A stretch of DNA of 32,000 nt from Candidatus Stoquefichus sp. SB1 (GCF_001244545.1 NZ_LN852693.1:288656-320655), one strand, 5' to 3'; positions 16,748-25,628 are shown, numbered from the stretch's first letter. Made by a program: numbers and translations. Notes: a model not told the origin generated them from the letters alone.

Positions 16748-17214
16748 GATGGACTCACCTCTATATATTTAACCTTCTTTTCTGTCTTTTCTTCATCAAT
16801 ATAATAACTGATATAAACCTTAACTGTTCTTTTCATTTCGCATTCACCAGATAATTGTATTCCTTTATAAAAATGTTCTGCTTTATTAACATAATTTTTA
16901 TGTAAATGATAAGGTTCCTGATCAAAGAGTCCAATCACTGGGCAGGTTTGTTCATCTGTTTCCTGAGCATATGCTAAAGCCATAATATTATACATATTTA
17001 TTTGTGGCTGATCAATGATAATATCATACCGATATTTTTGATCTAATTGATTGAAAATCAATTGAATACGAAAAGGAAAATCTTTATCAAAATTCTGCTG
17101 ATTCTTCAAATCATTCTTAATCTCTTCATACATTGTAAACTGTGAATTTTGCTGTGTTTGATTACATGCCACACACAATAACAGAACACTTATGAACAGA
17201 ATTGTTTTTTTCAT
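16744..17214 (-). CDS. Putative lipoprotein, function unknown
   Basis: From ATG 17214: MKKTILFISVLLLCVAC-NQTQQ, a signal peptide with a lipobox-like VAC. The 4-nt ATGA overlap with the pseudouridine synthase gene suggests coupling. The track's N-terminal extension to 17286 runs through a terminator and is rejected. Confidence 0.65.
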   Translation of the reverse strand: MKKTILFISVLLLCVACNQTQQNSQFTMYEEIKNDLKNQQNFDKDFPFRIQLIFNQLDQKYRYDIIIDQPQINMYNIMALAYAQETDEQTCPVIGLFDQEPYHLHKNYVNKAEHFYKGIQLSGECEMKRTVKVYISYYIDEEKTEKKVKYIEVSPS

Positions 17215-17230
17215 ATTATCACCATCTTTT

Positions 17231-17239
17231 ATTATAGCA
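17231..17239 (-). promoter_or_regulatory. Candidate extended -10 promoter (TGCTATAAT) for the lipoprotein-to-acpS operon
   Basis: Minus strand TGCTATAAT lies about 17 nt upstream of ATG 17214, directly after the upstream terminator. No convincing -35. Confidence 0.35.
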
Positions 17240-17253
17240 TTTTTCACCAAATG

Positions 17254-17276
17254 AAAAAAGGCTATTTCTAGCCTTT
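17254..17276 (-). terminator. Rho-independent terminator after the DUF1540 gene
   Basis: Minus strand: AAAGGCTA-GAAA-TAGCCTTT followed by TTTCATTT. Starts at the stop codon. Confidence 0.7.
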
Positions 17277-17432
17277 CTACTGACATTTACATTCAAATGT
17301 ATCACAAGCTGTTTCAGCAACATCTTTTGCTTCTTTACAGCGACAGTTATTCACATGAATGCAATTTGCTTCACAACATCCATCACAATAGTATTTACAA
17401 GTATCCACGCTACATTTTACATCTTTAGCCAT
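17277..17432 (-). CDS. Small Cys-rich DUF1540-type protein
   Basis: Missed by the track (51 aa). Hand translation: MAKDVKCSVDTCKYYCDGCCEANCIHVNNCRCKEAKDVAETACDTFECKCQ*, with 11 Cys. The pattern VKCSV..C....C.A..I.V.....T.C.TF matches DUF1540 as I recall it. GGAGGTGA SD. Confidence 0.65.
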   Translation of the reverse strand: MAKDVKCSVDTCKYYCDGCCEANCIHVNNCRCKEAKDVAETACDTFECKCQ

Positions 17433-17465
17433 GGTTTCACCTCCATATTTTATTATGGCAGAAAC

Positions 17466-17639
17466 CTAAGATAAATATACAATCAAACAACTAAAACTGT
17501 ACTCTAGTTCACCATTATGAGATGTCATAGCAACCTGATAATGAATATTTTGAATATCAGGATTTTCTTTACAAATAAAATCATTTAAAGCATCTTCTAA
17601 ATCAAGTTCATGTGTTTTTTCAATAATTTTTATTTTCAT
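17466..17639 (-). CDS. Cse60-like small protein (sporulation protein Cse60/YteV family)
   Basis: Missed by the track (57 aa). Hand translation: MKIKIIEKTHELDLEDALNDFICKENPDIQNIHYQVAMTSHNGELEYSFSCLIVYLS*. Matches the recalled family pattern (hE.DLEd.lN.F.......i..I.Y.v.........y.FS.lI.Y). No clear SD. Confidence 0.5.
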   Translation of the reverse strand: MKIKIIEKTHELDLEDALNDFICKENPDIQNIHYQVAMTSHNGELEYSFSCLIVYLS

Positions 17640-17677
17640 GCATTCATATTAACACACATCACTTAAAAATTTTGTCA

Positions 17678-18556
17678 TTATTGGTTAATCTCAATTGTAA
17701 ACTGACACATAAATTCTTCTTGCTTCGCTAATGCAACAACGCCTTCTTTTTCTTTAAATTCACCTGTGAATCCAACATAATCACTATGTCCTACCCATGG
17801 TTCAATTGCTAATAAACCACCAACATGTTTACTTGTCCAAATTCCTAAATGATTAAAGTTATCCATATAAAAACGAATAGATTTATCATGATTTAAAGAT
17901 TTTAAAGTCACATAGTGTGAATGAAAATTCTTAACAACAATAGCATCATTATTAAATAGGGCCTGTCTTACAAAAAAGCGTCTTTCATTATCAAATAACA
18001 ACTCTGTTTTATCTGACATGCCACGATGTTCAACATCAATAATTTTCTGATATAAAGATTCATTTTTTTCAAATTCGATATAATAATCATTGCTTGATTC
18101 ATTTTCCATAAATGGACATGCAAATGCAGGATGTCCACCAATTTGAAAATAAATAACACGCTCATCAGTATTTGTTACAACACAACGACATTCTAATTGA
18201 TTTTCTTTTAATGTATAAATCACTTTTAAATCAAATAAATATGGATATTGTTTTAATATCTCTTCATTTGGTGTTAATTCAAATTCAACACATGTATCTG
18301 ATAATTGATGTGTTAAATATTCATTATGTCTTGAAAAACCATGTTGTGTCATTGTATATGTTTTTCCATCAATACGACATTCATTATTTTGTAAAGCACC
18401 AACAATTGGAAATAATATAGGTGCACTACTTGCCCATAATGATGGGTCTCTACGCCACATATAATTCAAACCATCTTTTAACCCAACAATTTTAATAATT
18501 TCAGCACCCTTTGGATTTAATTCAACTTCCAAAATATCATTTTTTAAAATCGCCAT
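17678..18556 (-). CDS. Aldose 1-epimerase family protein (LacX/galactose mutarotase-like)
   Basis: 292 aa with family features (PILFPIVG, HGF.R, GGHPAF, EPW). AGGAGA SD. 11 nt downstream of nagA. Confidence 0.8.
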   Translation of the reverse strand: MAILKNDILEVELNPKGAEIIKIVGLKDGLNYMWRRDPSLWASSAPILFPIVGALQNNECRIDGKTYTMTQHGFSRHNEYLTHQLSDTCVEFELTPNEEILKQYPYLFDLKVIYTLKENQLECRCVVTNTDERVIYFQIGGHPAFACPFMENESSNDYYIEFEKNESLYQKIIDVEHRGMSDKTELLFDNERRFFVRQALFNNDAIVVKNFHSHYVTLKSLNHDKSIRFYMDNFNHLGIWTSKHVGGLLAIEPWVGHSDYVGFTGEFKEKEGVVALAKQEEFMCQFTIEINQ

Positions 18557-18567
18557 TTTATAATCTC

Positions 18568-19698
18568 CTATTTTATTTGACCTTTAATCATTGTTTTTTG
18601 AATATTAATATCTTCATCAAAGAAAATAATATCAGCATATTTACCTTCTTTAATTTCTCCAATACTATCCTCACCTAAACTTTGTGCCGGATTATAACTT
18701 GCTAAATTGACAGCCTCATTTAAAGTTAATCCAAGATGTTTATATGCATTATTAACACATTCATTCATATTGGCAATACTTCCAGCTAATGCTCCATTGG
18801 CTAAACGTGCTGACCCATCTTTCACATAGACAGGTTGTGTTCCAAGTTTATATGTTCCATCAGGTAATCCAGCAGCTTCAATAGAATCAGTAATCAAAAT
18901 CAGCTTATCTTTGCCTTTAGCACGAAGCAAAGCCTTTGCAGCAGCAAAATTAACATGAATACCATCTAAAATCAATTCAGCATAAACTGTATCATTGATC
19001 ATAATCGCCCCAACAACACCTGGTGCACGATGTGTCAATGGAGTCATTGCATTATACGTATGTGTTCCAGAAGTTGCACCGGCATCAATAGCTACTTGTG
19101 CTTCCTCATAAGTTGCATTAGTATGTCCTAAAGAAACAACAGTGTTTTTATCTTTTAAGTAAGTAATTAAATCAATTGAATGTTCTAATTCTGGAGCAAT
19201 TGAAATTTTTCTAATAACATCCTGATGATCTTTCACAAATGATAAATAATTTTCAACTGTTGGTAAAATCATACATTCTTCTGGTTGTGCCCCTTTATAC
19301 TGTTTATTAAAAAATGGTCCTTCTAAATGAGTACCTAAAATCTGTGCCCCAGTTACTTTGTCTTTATTGAGTGCAATGTTTTCTACTGCTTTTGTAATAT
19401 CATCAACTGGCATTGTCATTGTTGTTGGCAACAATGTTGTTACACCTGTTTTTAAAGCCGCGTTTGAAATGGTATTTAAATCTTCAAAAGTCGGATACAT
19501 TGTGTCGCTTCCACCTCGACCATGTGTATGCACATCAATAAATCCTGGACTTACATACATTCCTTTCGCATCAATAATATCTTCATCAGTGGGTTGACGA
19601 TCACTGATTTCAACGATTTTATCATCGTCAATGAAAACGTTTTTTTCAACAATTTCATCATGTAAAATAATTTTCCCGTTCACAATACATTTTTTCAT
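18568..19698 (-). CDS. nagA: N-acetylglucosamine-6-phosphate deacetylase
   Basis: 376 aa amidohydrolase with GFIDVHTHG, HLEGPF, GHTNA and ITDS motifs typical of NagA. Confidence 0.9.
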   Translation of the reverse strand: MKKCIVNGKIILHDEIVEKNVFIDDDKIVEISDRQPTDEDIIDAKGMYVSPGFIDVHTHGRGGSDTMYPTFEDLNTISNAALKTGVTTLLPTTMTMPVDDITKAVENIALNKDKVTGAQILGTHLEGPFFNKQYKGAQPEECMILPTVENYLSFVKDHQDVIRKISIAPELEHSIDLITYLKDKNTVVSLGHTNATYEEAQVAIDAGATSGTHTYNAMTPLTHRAPGVVGAIMINDTVYAELILDGIHVNFAAAKALLRAKGKDKLILITDSIEAAGLPDGTYKLGTQPVYVKDGSARLANGALAGSIANMNECVNNAYKHLGLTLNEAVNLASYNPAQSLGEDSIGEIKEGKYADIIFFDEDINIQKTMIKGQIK

Positions 19699-19719
19699 TT
19701 TCTTTGTCCTCCTTGCTTT

Positions 19720-19747
19720 ATTATACCACGTCTTGATATATCTTCAA
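19720..19747 (-). promoter_or_regulatory. Sigma-A promoter for the nagA operon
   Basis: Minus strand: TTGAAG - 16 nt - TATAAT, with a TGG extended -10 context, about 20 nt upstream of the nagA SD. Confidence 0.6.
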
Positions 19748-19761
19748 ATAAAATACACAAG

Positions 19762-19783
19762 AAAAGGTATACATCAGTATACC
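19762..19783 (-). terminator. Rho-independent terminator after the SDR gene
   Basis: Minus strand: GGTATAC-TGAT-GTATACC followed by TTTTCTTGTGTATTTT. Confidence 0.65.
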
Positions 19784-19788
19784 CATAA

Positions 19789-20538
19789 TTATGACATTGT
19801 TGCTCCATCCACCGATAAAATGACACCAGTAATATAACTTGCCATATCACTTGCTAAAAACACAAAAGCATTCGCAATATCTTCCGGCTCACCTACACGT
19901 CTTAAAGGGATTGAATTAATGATTGGCTGAATAATTTCATCAGGCAAGGCTGCCACCATATCTGTTTTAATAACACCTGGCGCAACAGCATTCACACGAA
20001 TATGATCTTTACCAAGTTCACGAGCTAATGACTTTGTCATACCATTAACTGCAAATTTAGATGTAGGATAACCTGCACCGGCTGGTTGTCCATATAATGA
20101 TACCATTGAACTCGTATTTAAAATAACGCCTCCACCTTGTTCTTTCATCAAAATAGCAGCCTCTTTTGAACAGATAAAAACAGCATTGACATTAAGATTC
20201 ATAATCATTTCAAAATCTTCTAAATTATAATCAAAGAGTTTATCACGTTGTGATATACCAGCATTATTAACAAGAATATCTAAACGACCAAACTGTTTGA
20301 CAACCATTTGGAATGCTTCCTTGACTTCTTGAGCATTCATTAAATTAGGATGTAATCCAATCACTTGACAATTTTCATTTTCTTCATGTAGTTTTTCTAA
20401 TGCAATGTCAACAGTCTCCTTACGTGAACCAAACAATGCAACTTTAGCTCCTTGTTCTAAAAAAGCTTTGACAGTCGCAAAACCAATTCCTCTTGTTCCA
20501 CCTGTAACAATTGCAACTTTTCCTTCTAACAATTTCAT
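19789..20538 (-). CDS. Short-chain dehydrogenase/reductase (FabG-like)
   Basis: 249 aa with the TGGTRGIG cofactor motif, NNAG and the catalytic S...YxxxK (YPTSK). Substrate not assignable from sequence. Confidence 0.85.
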   Translation of the reverse strand: MKLLEGKVAIVTGGTRGIGFATVKAFLEQGAKVALFGSRKETVDIALEKLHEENENCQVIGLHPNLMNAQEVKEAFQMVVKQFGRLDILVNNAGISQRDKLFDYNLEDFEMIMNLNVNAVFICSKEAAILMKEQGGGVILNTSSMVSLYGQPAGAGYPTSKFAVNGMTKSLARELGKDHIRVNAVAPGVIKTDMVAALPDEIIQPIINSIPLRRVGEPEDIANAFVFLASDMASYITGVILSVDGATMS

Positions 20539-20569
20539 TTTTTTCCTTCTTTCATTTCAATATAAATTT

Positions 20570-20598
20570 ATTTTATGCTAATTAGCCTTGTTTGTCAA
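20570..20598 (-). promoter_or_regulatory. Sigma-A promoter for the SDR gene
   Basis: Minus strand: TTGACA - 17 nt - TAAAAT, about 30 nt upstream of the ATG. Confidence 0.65.
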
Positions 20599-20620
20599 AT
20601 ATTTCACAAGTATTTCAAAT

Positions 20621-20642
20621 AAAAAAGACATTAACTGTCTTT
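20621..20642 (-). terminator. Rho-independent terminator overlapping the rbfA stop (end of the rimP-infB operon)
   Basis: Minus strand: AAAGACA-GTTAA-TGTCTTT followed by TTTATTTG. The loop contains the TAA stop. Confidence 0.6.
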
Positions 20643-20978
20643 TTCATGTAATTCGTCAATAATACTCTCAATTTTATTTCCATATTCTAAAGAAGTATCT
20701 AATATGAAGTGAATCTCAGGACATTTACGGATTGTAAGACGTTTTGCTAATAAAGAACGAATAAATCCTTTTGATCTTTCTAATGCTTCCATACTCTTTT
20801 TTGTGTTTTTATTCATAAATGATACATAAATTTTAGCAATTGATAAATCATTTGTAATATCTACACCTGTAATTGTACAAAAGCCAATATCTGGATCACG
20901 GACTTCCGTCTGCAATATACCTGAAAGTTCTCTTTGAATAATATTATTCATTTTCTCTTTCTTCAATACCACTTTCAA
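20631..20978 (-). CDS. rbfA: Ribosome-binding factor A
   Basis: 115 aa; IQRELSGILQTEVRDPDIGFCTITGVDITNDLSIAKIYVS is the RbfA KH-like core. The start is TTG (20978) or the nearby GTG, downstream of TAGGAG; the exact start is uncertain. Confidence 0.88.
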   Translation of the reverse strand: MKVVLKKEKMNNIIQRELSGILQTEVRDPDIGFCTITGVDITNDLSIAKIYVSFMNKNTKKSMEALERSKGFIRSLLAKRLTIRKCPEIHFILDTSLEYGNKIESIIDELHEKDS

Positions 20979-20985
20979 TCAACTC

Positions 20986-22845
20986 CTATTTTCTTTCGAC
21001 TTCTTTCATGATATAACCTTCAACAATATCGCCTTCTTTGATATCATTATAGTTTTCAATTGTCATACCACATTCATAACCTGTTGCAACCTCTTTTGCA
21101 TCATCTTTAAAACGTTTTAAAGAAGCTAATTTCCCTTCATAAATAACGACACCTTCACGAATTAAACGAATTCCACAATCTCTTCGAATATATCCATCAG
21201 TGACATAACATCCAGCAATATTACCAACTTTAGAAACCTTGATAACTTGTCTAATTTCTGCTTGTCCAGTAATCACTTCTTCTAATTCAGGTGCTAACAT
21301 ACCTTTCATAGCAGCTTCAATTTCTTCTACCATTTTATAGATAATATTATGCAATCTGATTTCAACGCCTTCTTCTTCCGCTTTACGTCTTACATTTGCA
21401 TCAGGACGCACATTAAAGCCATAGATGATTGCTTTTGAGGCACTTGCCAATAAGACATCAGATTCACTAATAGCTCCTACAGTAGAACGGATAACATGAA
21501 CACGTGCACCATCAATATCAATCTTTTCTAATGATCCTCTCACAGCTTCTGCCGTTCCATTAACATCAGCTTTAACAATAATGTTTAAATCAACCATTTG
21601 TCCTTCTTTGATTTGATTAAATAAATCATCCAAACTCATAGCCGAATTGACTCCACGATCAATTTCCTGTTTTGCTTTTTGTCTTTCTTCACCAACATGG
21701 CGAGCCATTTTTTCAGTTTCAAAAGCCATAAATTTATCACCAGCAACAGGAACTTCATTTAAACCAGTAATCTCTACTGGTGTTGATGGTGCAGCTTCTT
21801 TTAAAGGACGCCCACTATCATCTAACATTTGTCGTACACGACCAAAGGCAGTTCCAACGACAATTGGATCCCCTGCTCTTAAAGTTCCGTTTTCAACTAA
21901 TAATGTTGCAACTGGTCCACGACCTTTATCTAGTCTACCCTCGACAACACTACCATATGCATAACGTTTTGGATTTGCTTTTAAATCAGCCAATTCCGCA
22001 ACAACTGTTAATGTTTCTAATAATTCAGGAATACCAGTTCCCTTTTTTGCAGAGATATTACAATAAACTGTATCTCCACCCCAATCTTCAGGCATTAATC
22101 CCAATTCACTCATCTCTGATTTAATACGATCAGGATCAGCACCTTCTTTATCAATCTTATTAACAGCAACAACGATTGGAACTTGTGCTGCTAATGCATG
22201 ATCAACAGCTTCTTTTGTTTGTGGCATAACACCATCATCAGCTGCAACCACAATAATAACAATATCTGTAACCTGTGCTCCACGTGCACGCATTGCTGTA
22301 AATGCTTCATGACCTGGGGTATCGAGGAATGTAACTTTTTTTCCATTCACATCAACCTGATAAGCGCCAATATGCTGTGTAATACCTCCAAATTCACCAT
22401 CAACAACTTTTGATTTTCTAATTGAGTCTAATAATGTTGTTTTCCCATGATCAACATGTCCCATAATTGTAACAACTGGGGGACGACTTGTTAAATCAGC
22501 TTCATTATCAACAATCTCAATATTTTCAAAATTAATTTCATTAACAACAACATTTTTCTTTGGTTCATAACCATATTCAAGACAAATCAATTCAACTTGT
22601 TCATCATCTAAAGATGAATTAATTGTGACCATTGTCCCTAACATAAATAAAACTTTAATAACATTGGCAGGTGTTTGCCCTATTTTCTCAGCAAGTTCAC
22701 CAACAGTAATTCCTTCTTCATATTCAACAATACCATCACCAATGATTTTTTCTTCTTTCTTTCCTGCCTTATTAGGAATATTTGAAATAAGTTTCTTTTT
22801 ATGCTGATTACCTTTCTTTTTTGTTGAAGTATTCTTTTTTGCCAT
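20986..22845 (-). CDS. infB: Translation initiation factor IF-2
   Basis: 619 aa with G-domain motifs ([18 protein letters not shown]), a C-terminal fMet-tRNA binding domain and a short basic N-terminus. AGGAGG SD. Confidence 0.95.
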   Translation of the reverse strand: MAKKNTSTKKKGNQHKKKLISNIPNKAGKKEEKIIGDGIVEYEEGITVGELAEKIGQTPANVIKVLFMLGTMVTINSSLDDEQVELICLEYGYEPKKNVVVNEINFENIEIVDNEADLTSRPPVVTIMGHVDHGKTTLLDSIRKSKVVDGEFGGITQHIGAYQVDVNGKKVTFLDTPGHEAFTAMRARGAQVTDIVIIVVAADDGVMPQTKEAVDHALAAQVPIVVAVNKIDKEGADPDRIKSEMSELGLMPEDWGGDTVYCNISAKKGTGIPELLETLTVVAELADLKANPKRYAYGSVVEGRLDKGRGPVATLLVENGTLRAGDPIVVGTAFGRVRQMLDDSGRPLKEAAPSTPVEITGLNEVPVAGDKFMAFETEKMARHVGEERQKAKQEIDRGVNSAMSLDDLFNQIKEGQMVDLNIIVKADVNGTAEAVRGSLEKIDIDGARVHVIRSTVGAISESDVLLASASKAIIYGFNVRPDANVRRKAEEEGVEIRLHNIIYKMVEEIEAAMKGMLAPELEEVITGQAEIRQVIKVSKVGNIAGCYVTDGYIRRDCGIRLIREGVVIYEGKLASLKRFKDDAKEVATGYECGMTIENYNDIKEGDIVEGYIMKEVERK

Positions 22846-22849
22846 AACA

Positions 22850-23152
22850 TCAACCTCCTAACTTTGATTTGATTTTATCTGCAAAACCTTTATCTTTAAT
22901 CCCCACAGCAACGCGGTTGCTTTTCCCAATTGCTGCTGATAGATCATCAATCGTACCATCAATCAAAACATCCCTACCATAGTATGAACATTTATCAGTA
23001 TATTTTTTCTTTGTATTTTCACTTGCATCTTGAGCAATAATGACCAGAAAAACCTGTTGTGAACGAATATCTTTTAATAATACATCACCACAACTGATTT
23101 TTCTTGCTCTTGATGCTAGACCCAACAAAGATAACACATCTTTATTTAACAT
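22850..23152 (-). CDS. ylxQ: L7Ae-family RNA-binding protein YlxQ (RplGA)
   Basis: 100 aa from ATG 23152: [22 protein letters not shown]...[17 protein letters not shown]. Conserved position between ylxR and infB. The track's 117-aa version extends into ylxR. Confidence 0.85.
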   Translation of the reverse strand: MLNKDVLSLLGLASRARKISCGDVLLKDIRSQQVFLVIIAQDASENTKKKYTDKCSYYGRDVLIDGTIDDLSAAIGKSNRVAVGIKDKGFADKIKSKLGG

Positions 23153-23396
23153 ATGTTTTAAGTTCCTCATATATTGCATCAGGAATATCAATTTCCAAAG
23201 CACGTTTCAATGCGCCTTTTTTTTGGGCTGTTTCAATAGCTTCAAGACTTCTTTTTAAATATGCCCCTCGACCATTCATTTTACCCGTTGAATCTACAAA
23301 AACTTCGCCTTCCTTATTCTTAACAACACGAATAAGTTCTTTTTTGGGAAGCTGTTCTCCTGTTGCCACACATTTTCTTAAAGGTATTTTTTTCAT
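23142..23396 (-). CDS. ylxR: YlxR/RnpM family RNA-binding protein (DUF448)
   Basis: 84 aa from ATG 23396: MKKIPLRKCVATGEQLPKKELIRVV...GRGAYL. AGAGGTGA SD 5 nt upstream. The track start is an upstream GTG. Confidence 0.88.
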   Translation of the reverse strand: MKKIPLRKCVATGEQLPKKELIRVVKNKEGEVFVDSTGKMNGRGAYLKRSLEAIETAQKKGALKRALEIDIPDAIYEELKTYVK

Positions 23397-23407
23397 GAGA
23401 ATCACCT

Positions 23408-24868
23408 CTATTTTTCATCATAATATTTATCAAATTCATCATAATCAATATCTTCATCATACTTAGGATCATAATCATAGTCATAATCATCATCAAATTC
23501 TTCACTATCATCTTCTTCTAAGTCTGTGACAAATGTTTCTTCTTCATCATCTGCGACAAAAGTTTCCTCTTCATCAATTGATTCAGAAACTTCATCTTCA
23601 TCCATTGAATCATCTTCTTCAATCATTTCCTCAAATTCTTCAACTGGCTCTTCAGTTAATTCTGGTTCAGAAATGATATCTTCAAATGTTTCTTCCTCAT
23701 CTGCTTCTTCAATAATTGGCTCAGATGAAACAGTTTTCACTAATGTTTCTACAATTGGTTCATCTTTTGTCATTTCAGTTTCAAATGATTTTTCAAATTC
23801 AGCATCTTGACCATAAATAATACCTTCAGCAGCTGCTTCACTCACAGATTTAATATCAATTTTCCAACCAGTTAAACGTACTGCTAATCTTGCATTTTGT
23901 CCTTTTTTTCCAATTGCTAGAGATAATTGATTATCTGGTACAATCACAAGTGCACTATGATCTTCTTCACAAATCTCAACATGTACCACTTCTGAAGGTG
24001 ATAATGCATGAGAAATAAAGATAACTGGATCTTCATTCCATTCAATAATATCGATCATTTCACCATTAAGTTCATTGACAACATTGCGTACACGACTTCC
24101 TTTAGGACCAACACAAGATCCAATAGGATCGACATTATCATTTGTTGTATACACAGCAATTTTGCTACGATCTCCTGCTTCACGCGAAACAGATTTAATT
24201 TCAACTGTTCCATCATAAATTTCAGGCACTTCCATTTCAAACAATCTTTTGACAAGACCTGGTTCTGTTCTTGACACACCAATATGTGTTCCTTTAGTGC
24301 TTCTTTCAACATCACTGACATAAACCTTTATATGCTGACCTTCATAAATTTTTTCACCTGGAATCTGTTGATTTAAAGGCAACAATGCACCTGTTCTGCC
24401 AATATTTATAATTGCGAAACGTTCTTCTACACGATCAACAACACCTGTAATAATATCATCTTTTTTATCAATATATTCATTATATAAAGTTTCTTTCTCA
24501 GCTTCACGAATCTTTTGTTTTAATAACTGTTTTGTTTGAATTGCAGCCAAACGACCAAAAACCTCAGGATCAATTTCAGTGACAACATCATCTCCTACTT
24601 GATATTTAGGATTAATGACTTGTGCTTCTTCTAAAGATAATTCGAAATCTTCATCATTGACATCATCAACAACATGTTTGATTTCATATAAACGAATTTT
24701 ACCAGTATTCTCATTAATATCAACACGAATAATTGATTCAGAACCACCATAATTCTTTTTATACGATTTTTCTAAAGCCTCTTTTAAAGCTTCTAAAACA
24801 ACTTCCTTTTGAATCCCTTTTTCACTCTCCAATAGCTCTAAAGCCTGGATAAATTTTTTACTAGCCAT
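23408..24868 (-). CDS. nusA: Transcription termination/antitermination factor NusA with a ~130-aa hyperacidic C-terminal extension
   Basis: The N-terminal domain, S1 (GVVDRVEERFAIINIG) and KH1/KH2 (GPKGSRVRNV, AIGKKGQNARLA) are intact. After about residue 355 the sequence is almost pure D/E/Y low complexity. AAGGAGG SD. Confidence 0.95.
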   Translation of the reverse strand: MASKKFIQALELLESEKGIQKEVVLEALKEALEKSYKKNYGGSESIIRVDINENTGKIRLYEIKHVVDDVNDEDFELSLEEAQVINPKYQVGDDVVTEIDPEVFGRLAAIQTKQLLKQKIREAEKETLYNEYIDKKDDIITGVVDRVEERFAIINIGRTGALLPLNQQIPGEKIYEGQHIKVYVSDVERSTKGTHIGVSRTEPGLVKRLFEMEVPEIYDGTVEIKSVSREAGDRSKIAVYTTNDNVDPIGSCVGPKGSRVRNVVNELNGEMIDIIEWNEDPVIFISHALSPSEVVHVEICEEDHSALVIVPDNQLSLAIGKKGQNARLAVRLTGWKIDIKSVSEAAAEGIIYGQDAEFEKSFETEMTKDEPIVETLVKTVSSEPIIEEADEEETFEDIISEPELTEEPVEEFEEMIEEDDSMDEDEVSESIDEEETFVADDEEETFVTDLEEDDSEEFDDDYDYDYDPKYDEDIDYDEFDKYYDEK

Positions 24869-24883
24869 TTTTTATTTTCCTCC

Positions 24884-25345
24884 TTAAAACTTAACAGCTA
24901 ATCTTATAAAAGCAATATCTTGATATTGCAAAGTACAAGTCTTCTTAATATTTTTCACTAAATATTGAAACTCAATTGTTTCATTATCAACACTTAAAAT
25001 AGTTCCATAAACATCATCCATTCCCTGGGTTGGTTTTTTAAACTGGATATAGACATATTCACCAACTGACTGTTGTACTTTTTCTAATGTTTTTAATGGC
25101 TTTTCAGCACCTGGAGATGAGATTTCCAAATAATATTCATTGGTAATGATATCAGCTTCATCAAGCTTTTCGCTAATCTCCTCACTTACAGCAACACAAG
25201 TATCCATATCTAAGTGATCATTATTTTTTTCAATGAATATTCTTAGATACCACTCATTTTTTTCATTCACATATTCAATATCATCAAGATAGACATCATG
25301 ATTATCAAGAATAGGTTGAATTAATTTTTTAATTGTCTCTAGCAT
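24884..25345 (-). CDS. rimP: Ribosome maturation factor RimP
   Basis: 153 aa; YLEISSPGAEKPLK is the RimP signature. First gene of the nusA-infB operon. GGAGGA SD. Confidence 0.9.
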   Translation of the reverse strand: MLETIKKLIQPILDNHDVYLDDIEYVNEKNEWYLRIFIEKNNDHLDMDTCVAVSEEISEKLDEADIITNEYYLEISSPGAEKPLKTLEKVQQSVGEYVYIQFKKPTQGMDDVYGTILSVDNETIEFQYLVKNIKKTCTLQYQDIAFIRLAVKF

Positions 25346-25360
25346 ATAATCCTCCGTTTA

Positions 25361-25391
25361 CAAATATAAACGAGAGGGTTGCCCCTCTCGT
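25361..25391 (-). terminator. GC-rich leader hairpin about 25 nt upstream of rimP (ancestral polC terminator and/or attenuator of the nusA operon)
   Basis: Minus strand: ACGAGAGGG-GCAA-CCCTCTCGT, a perfect 9-bp stem and the most GC-rich element in the window. It is followed by an interrupted U-tract TTATATTTGT, then the rimP SD. Confidence 0.6.
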
Positions 25392-25400
25392 AAATCACTG

Positions 25401-25428
25401 ATTACATGTATAATATAACATAGTTCAA
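25401..25428 (-). promoter_or_regulatory. Weak candidate promoter for the rimP-nusA-infB operon
   Basis: Minus strand: TTGAAC - 16 nt - TGTAAT, between the polC-end relic and the leader hairpin. Mediocre match in AT-rich DNA. Confidence 0.25.
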
Positions 25429-25451
25429 TACAAAAAACAATGCTTTCATCA

Positions 25452-25525
25452 ATATTTTCCTACAAATCAAATAAAGACAGCTGATTTTCATCAGACATAT
25501 TCTCAAAGACACCGATTTTTGTTAA
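25452..25525 (-). repeat. Direct repeat copy A: relic copy of the polC 3' end (last 21 codons, stop and 8 nt)
   Basis: 72/74 identical to 27027..27100. It would encode LTKIGVFENMSDENQLSLFDL*, but an in-frame TAA lies two codons upstream and there is no SD. The only in-codon difference (25514 G vs 27089 A) is a synonymous Ile change. Confidence 0.9.
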
Positions 25526-25628
25526 ATTTTATCCATTAAAAAGTTTTTTATAAATAAACAATCATGAAATCTTTATAACTCTTTGCACTTCTTTCACTAT
25601 AATTGAAAGCACCCTTATATCCAATTAA

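Noticed and set aside
16744-17286. Long N-terminal extensions in the track, for example the lipoprotein to 17286, ylxQ to 23203, comGE to 5064, comGD to 5386, comGB to 6714 and the metzincin to 26884
   Set aside because: The track takes the longest ORF and accepts TTG/GTG. The extensions run through terminators, promoters or upstream genes, while internal ATGs have proper SD spacing and give canonical N-termini (signal peptides, prepilin leaders).
19735-19742. GATATATC palindrome in the spacer of the nagA promoter as a possible NagR/GntR-type operator
   Set aside because: It is only 8 bp, the flanks do not extend the symmetry, and such palindromes are common in AT-rich DNA. That is not enough to call an operator.
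21647-22807. Four plus-strand ORFs (60-114 aa) inside infB
   Set aside because: They are antisense to a highly conserved GTPase gene, have odd composition and have no SD sequences. The same reasoning applies to every other plus-strand track ORF, including 354..608, 1215..1412, 2132..2673, 4280..4690, 5766..6026, 7725..7931, 14296..14559, 15400..16239, 18172..18420, 19358..19837, 23040..23466, 24008..24274 and 27416..30632.
23526-23810. 94-aa Ser-rich plus-strand ORF (MTNVSSSSSATKVSSSS...)
   Set aside because: It is the antisense mirror of the GAA/GAT-rich acidic tail of nusA (TTC/ATC read in reverse gives Ser-rich frames). It has no SD and lies inside a well-supported gene.
25526-25628. Search for a second copy of the 15-bp palindrome arm, or terminal inverted repeats, at the left end of the cassette
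   Set aside because: Only a TATAAAT heptamer is shared, which is not meaningful in AT-rich sequence. The cassette therefore does not look like an IS/MITE with terminal inverted repeats.
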